A stretch of 64,000 nucleotides of DNA. Origin: Amoebophrya sp. A120. Taxonomy: Eukaryota > Protista > Dinoflagellata. Under the pieces are notes generated by a model, which made no database searches, was not told the DNA's origin, and saw only the letters and a list, made by a program, of their open reading frames with translations. The stretch lies in assembly GCA_905178155.1 (NCBI GenBank), contig CAJINV010000003.1, positions 579,091 through 643,090 on the forward strand, in the 5' to 3' direction. Of this stretch, positions 58,638 to 64,000 are shown in pieces. How positions within the stretch are numbered: the stretch's first letter is position 1; each line of letters starts with the position of its first letter. A program made the position numbers and the translations under genes.

Positions 58638-61458
58638 ATGTCAGTCAAGGGTGACAACAGACCTCAGGGCGTGAGGACCACTGCCGTCGACGAGAACAAT
58701 GTAACTGGATCTAGATCGGCGGTCTCTAGAAAGACCGAGTTTGCCAGCACGGCTAGCGCTGCGACAACCGCTACCGGTGGCGAACAAGATTGCTCTTCAT
58801 CGGTAAACCGATTCAGCAGCGATGCGGGTACTACAGCGGGAAGAGATTATTCCAGGCACAGCACGACCACCTCGCGTGAAGAAGATTCTAATGAGGATGC
58901 CTTTTCCTCTGCAAGTTCATCTGCGAAGACGACAACCGCGGAGGAACAGGCGCAGGTGTGGCGCATCTTTTGCGTGTTCTCTTTCTACTACGGGGTGGCG
59001 GGCAGTTACGACCTGGGTGCGGTGACTGCTACCTTGTCCGACATTTTGCAAGACCTGCACGTGGACAATCTCACGCTGGCAGGCGTTCTGGGCAGCGTCG
59101 GCTACTACGGCATGTTCATGACCATGCCGTTCTTCGGCGTGATCTTCTCGAAAATGCAGGCGAGGCAGGGGAAACTCCGGCTCTCGCTGCATGCCGCCTA
59201 CAGGAGGGCGACGACGACGACGTCTTCATCAGCCGTCTCTCCGCACGGCGGCGCGACGGCGACGACGCTCACAGCACCGCTCTTGGAGATCTCTCAACAA
59301 GCGAACAAGAACAACCCGAAAAATAATGCCAGTGCGAGCAAAAGCAGCAGGAGCGAACCAGAGCTTGATATTATTGCCTGGTCCTTCCTCGATTCGGTGG
59401 TTGCGCGGGGCCAGTGGCTCTTTTTCATCCTGGACTGGACGCTGTTGGGCCTAGCCGTTTTGCTGCCCATGTGTCTAGCGACAGACATCCGGATGATGCT
59501 GGTAGGACGATTTCTGCTTGGGACCTTTCAGGGCGCCGTCGACGTCTACTACCCAGTTTGGATTGAAGAACGCGCCCCGCCGTGCTCCCGTACCGTCTGG
59601 CAGGCGTCTCGCTTCGTCTGCATTCTGTGCGGCGTGATTTTGGGTTACATCGTCGGGGGCGCTCTCGTGTCCTCGTCGTCCAAGCAGGTGGAGAGTGGTG
59701 GTAGTACAACCGCGACGATGACGCACGACGAGAAATTTCACTACACCTGGCGGTTAGCGTTGGCCGTCGAGGGCATCGCTTCGTTCGTCGCTGCGGCGCT
59801 GCTTTTCATCCTGGTAGACCCGGCGGTCATGCGACTACGAGGAGAGGAGAACAATCCCGCGACCGGCGCACAACCGTTAGAAGCGGAGGTCGTGGCGTCC
59901 TCTCCCAATCCAGCAGGTCCCGCCGGCATTTCGGGGAACGCAAGAATCCGTATTGATAGTACGACTACAAAAAGAGGAGGCAATGGGCAGGCGTACGAAA
60001 GCCTCGGCATCGGCGTGCAAAGCACGGCAACCGAAGTAGGTGGTGCAGGACCCCCAGTAGGTGTTGTTGCTTCTGCCTCGCGACCATTCGCAACTGCAAG
60101 CGAAGATAAGACACGAGTAGATCACGAGCGCACCACCGTAATAACTGCTGCTACAATCGCTGAAGCAAAAGATCAAGATCAGCAGGATAAGGACTCCGGA
60201 ACAGCAAGCGATGTGGACTACACCGTCCGAGACTTTACGGTAATGGAAAGTCTCCGTGTGCTCGCGACGAACTTGAACTACGCGATTCCGGTTTTGAACC
60301 TCTCCTGCGTCTTCCTGGTCGCCCAAGGCGTGCAATTTTGGAGTCCACAATATCTGCGGTTGGTTTTCCACCCCATTTCCGAGGGCGTCATCGTCGGCTC
60401 CACCATCGTGCTACTCCTCACCGGACCAGCCGCGGGAATCTTTCTGGGTGGGAAATTTATCGACATGTGCGGTAAGAGTATAGTTTCGTGGCACGGAATC
60501 GGAATTGTTTTTACAACGTGGACCACGAACGAAAAACTCAAAAATATTGGCTCGCTACTCTGTTACAGGGTTCCACTTAGCAGGGCGTCATGCAACCACC
60601 CACTAGCTACGGCTATTCAATGCATGACCTCTAAAAACCGCGAGAGAATGAGAAACAAGTATGGGGTCGTCCTCTACTAAGATCTTTTGAACCTCCTTCT
60701 ATACGCATACGCTTTAGTACATAGAACGCACGTAGTTGAAGAAATTCGAACTCAACATTGCAGGTGGCTACCACGGTCGAGCCGGAAGAATCCGCACCTA
60801 CAAGATTCTCCTCGGCTTTTCCTTCTTGAGCACGATCGCGGGGACGGTCGGTAACTGGATGCACGGGGAAGCGGAGTACGCACCCGCCGCGTGTTTTTTG
60901 TGGATCGTGTTTGCCGTCGGCGCCGCGAGCGTGGGTCCCCTGCAGGGCATCGCCATCAGTGCCATTCCCTACCCCGAACTCCGCACGTTTGGTAACTCGT
61001 TGGCGACCGTGAGCTTCATGGTTGGCGCCTCCATCGGGCCGCTGATTCCAGGCTTCCTGCTTCAGTCGCTCTGCCCGCCAGAAGGAGCGGTCAAGAACAT
61101 CAACATGGGACAAAGTACAGCTCCAGGTAGAAGGGCTGGAGTAGAGGACCTTGTGGCGGTGCAAACTGCAGCTGGTGTAGAAACGATACAACCAAGAGTC
61201 TTTACATCGTCATTCGGAGAAGACGGCACAACATCTGTCAACCAAAGCCAGATCGCGCACCTGTCAGAGCTGCAGCCTACTTCCGGTGGCACGACAAGCC
61301 TCCACCCACTGATAACAACGCTCTGTGCGCAGGAATCCGTCGCGCCGTTGCTCTGCAGCGGATACTTTTTCCTGTTCACTACGGGATTGTGTCTGTGGCA
61401 TGAGGTCAGCCGCCCAAAACACGCCAAGGTGAAAACCTCCAAGGAGGTTGACCTGTAG
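58638..61458 (+). CDS. Major facilitator superfamily transporter (spinster-like, ~842 aa), 2 exons
   Basis: Multiple TM helices; YDLGAVTATL, VGRFLLGTFQGAVDVYYPVWIEERAP, GVQFWSPQYL, GGKFIDMCG|GYHG. GT-AG intron 60472-60763. Confidence 0.85.
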
Positions 61459-61513
61459 GCACTAGTTTTAGTTTATTTGAAGGACCTAATATTAATATCC
61501 TTGTAAAAAATTC

Positions 61514-61764
61514 TATTGGAGTGTCAGGATCGAAATTTTCAAAATCGAAAAAAAAAATTGAGGTGCCTTAATTACATACCACAAATAGCTTGCATGCAAA
61601 TAGTGTATCTTGGGTGTTTAACTAGCTAGCTCAAAACTGCGCCCGCGGATGCGTCCGCATCCGCGCTAAATAGATATGTCAATTGTGAGATGCATCTTCT
61701 ATATAAAACACCCTACCTAGTTTTTTTTTTCGATTTTGAAAATTTCGATCCTGACGCTTCCATA
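61514..61764. mobile_element. MITE outside coding sequence, TAT...ATA termini, 251 bp, TSD AATTC
   Basis: About 45-bp TIR TAT.G.AG.GTCAGGATCGAAATTTTCAAAATCGAAAAAAAAAA, 5-bp direct repeats, internal palindrome CGCGGATGCG-TC-CGCATCCGCG. Lies ~55 bp after the MFS stop codon. Confidence 0.9.
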
Positions 61765-64000
61765 AATTCTATCATTTCGGCAACAGCATCAGAGGCACGT
61801 GGAGGGGGCCGTCGTGGTCATTTATCTCCAACTGTTTCTGTGACTAAAACAATATTTTTCACACTGACAATGGTATGCGTGGTCAAGTTTTAGCTCATGA
61901 ATAGCTCCAGCTCCACTCCTAAAGTTCTGGAACGCCACCCCGCAGCCAAGCCAGGCCACGACACTCTGACTCTGATTCTGGAAGACAACAGTGCCACTAA
62001 GGTTTTAGATGCTGTTGCGTCTTGAGGTTCAGGAAGTTTAAATTTGCGAGGATTCGCCTTTTAACTTTATCTTTATAACGGTTGATTTTTTACAGCTTGG
62101 ACGGACGTTAGGAATTCAGTCGGTGACTTTCAGGTGACTGCCGAGCAATATGAATTTCTGGCACCCCCCCCAGCGCCGACCTTTGTGCTAGGTCTCAGCG
62201 CCTGCGTCGATGCTTCTTTCGCCCGTCCTTTCTCAGCCAGTGAAGGTCGCTGCTCTGACTGTAAGTAGTCAGAGTCGCGAGGAGGATGGGCCGGCTAGCC
62301 CTGACCTTTTGATGTAGAGGCAAAGCCTCTGCCACAGCCTCAATGGATGCAGTTATGAAGCCTGGAGTCGTCACAAAGATGCTGGCTCCAGGCTGTTGCG
62401 CGTGCAATCAGGGGTCCACTGTGGCAGCTACCAAGCCTATTTCCGGGCCATTTGGACAGATATCAAGCGGGGGTGGGGGGGAATCGAGGCAACTTTTTGG
62501 GTTGGTGACACGAGTGGTGACGCGGGCCGGTGACACGGAGCCAAAAAAATCGCCAATTTGGTGTCACCACGACCTGTGACAGCCGATGGCGACTCCAGAA
62601 ATCGTCTCGGTGACAGCCGACTTGTGCTCCGTGTCACCGGGCTCGATTTTGAGCCCGGTGACACCAAGAGTGCCGCCGTGTTTAGCTCTCAAACTTGGCC
62701 GAAATTATTGGAATCTCGGAAATTCTGACACTTTGGCGAATTTTTTGCCAAAAAGTCAGCTTTTTCCCGGATTCCAAAAAAGCAGGAAATTGTCAAGGTG
62801 GTGGACTTGATAGGGTGGTGGCTGTGGGCGTGCCTAGGGCACAAACACACTGTAGACTGTTTAAATCTGCCCAAATGTGTGAGCTGTCTGGCGCCGCGTT
62901 TGGCCCCCCTGCGCCGGGCAACCGGCCGAAAAGAAAACGACGCCAATCCCTCCACCCGAAGCCTCTCTATTGGCGATCCTTTCTGCGGCAAACTGCTCGC
63001 GTGTCACCAGAAAGTCTCTACCCATGTTTCTGACGGGTGTCCAAGTCCATATTGGTTTTGTGGCTTCCAACTTCTACGAGCATAGGCATACTGATCATCG
63101 ACATTCATCTTCTTCTATTCGTGTGCCGGCAAAAATTAATGGAAATTTAATATAGAGTTTAAAGGCGATGGCGAAAATGAGAGAATCGCCCATGAAGATT
63201 ACCAATAAGGCATGTTCATGATCTTATTTGTTATAGCTAACTGCCATTTACACTTGAATGTGATGGCGCATAGGTATAACTGAGTTCTTACTTTGTGATG
63301 GGGTCCTAGCTAAAATATAGTGGTGGATATAGTTGCATGGGCATGGCATAAGACTCTGTGCGACAACGCGCGATGCTGGTGGTGCGCCACAAGAAATTGG
63401 AACTTGAGACTGATCCGATTCCAATCTTCCACTAGCTCAAAATCGCTAGGAGTAGAAGGCGCGCAACTCATAGCATTAGCAATCAGGCACGTGGCAACAT
63501 GTGCTACATCTAGAAGATATGTTATGAATTGTATTTCCTGTCGTTGTCGCAGGCACGACAGCGTCAGTGGCAGCAGAAGTTTTGCGGCAGTAGCTGATGT
63601 CGTGTCTCTGTGTTTATTGAGCTATCAATCATGTTTGATGTATGAAGATGATGTCTGAGCTCGTGCTTCAGCTTCACTCGATTTCTCGGCAAAATACGGA
63701 ATGCGCATCTGTAATGATGATCAGTATGAGCATCGTCATCTTCGTGAGCTGCACGCCCTAATCAGAAATGATCACGACCATGGTTCATCGCATTGGAGGT
63801 ATGAAGAAATCAAAGCCCTGTGGCGCTATCGGTTTCGGTTGCATTTACGGACCACAAAGGTGAGGATGTTTCGGTGTGGCCGCGTCCTGGGCGGCCGGAG
63901 GAGTCGGCTCCTTTGTTTGTGCCGTGCTCGTTTATTTGTTTTTTTTGCTTTACTGGCACCGTTGCCGTTCTGGACCAGCAGCCGTCGAGTGGTGCGTCGC

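Overview
Eukaryotic, gene-dense DNA in which every recognisable gene lies on the + strand. Long low-complexity insertions in the proteins, a mix of canonical GT-AG introns and many inverted-repeat non-canonical introns, and the unidirectional gene order suggest a syndinian dinoflagellate such as Amoebophrya (inference). Genes: a ~2,480-aa low-complexity protein, an intact Helitron-type Rep/PIF1 helicase, RPAP1, two paralogous unknown membrane proteins flanking a satellite/hairpin island, COG4, an aspartokinase fused to a degenerate homoserine dehydrogenase, two unknown proteins, a class I SAM methyltransferase and an MFS transporter. The main signal is 18 MITE-like insertions in coding exons between 33 and 58 kb. 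Seventeen have TAT...ATA termini (one ends AAA) and a 5-bp target duplication; one has TTA...TAA termini and an 8-bp duplication. Removing each element plus one duplication copy restores the reading frame and conserved motifs. They occur in both orientations, mostly lack GT-AG ends, and all five imperfect duplications differ only at synonymous third codon positions. A duplicated coding segment supplies empty-site controls, and a related element sits outside coding sequence at 61.5 kb. Introner-like elements have been reported in Amoebophrya (recalled, not checked); the mechanistic details here are my own reading. All gene models were spliced by hand without RNA data.
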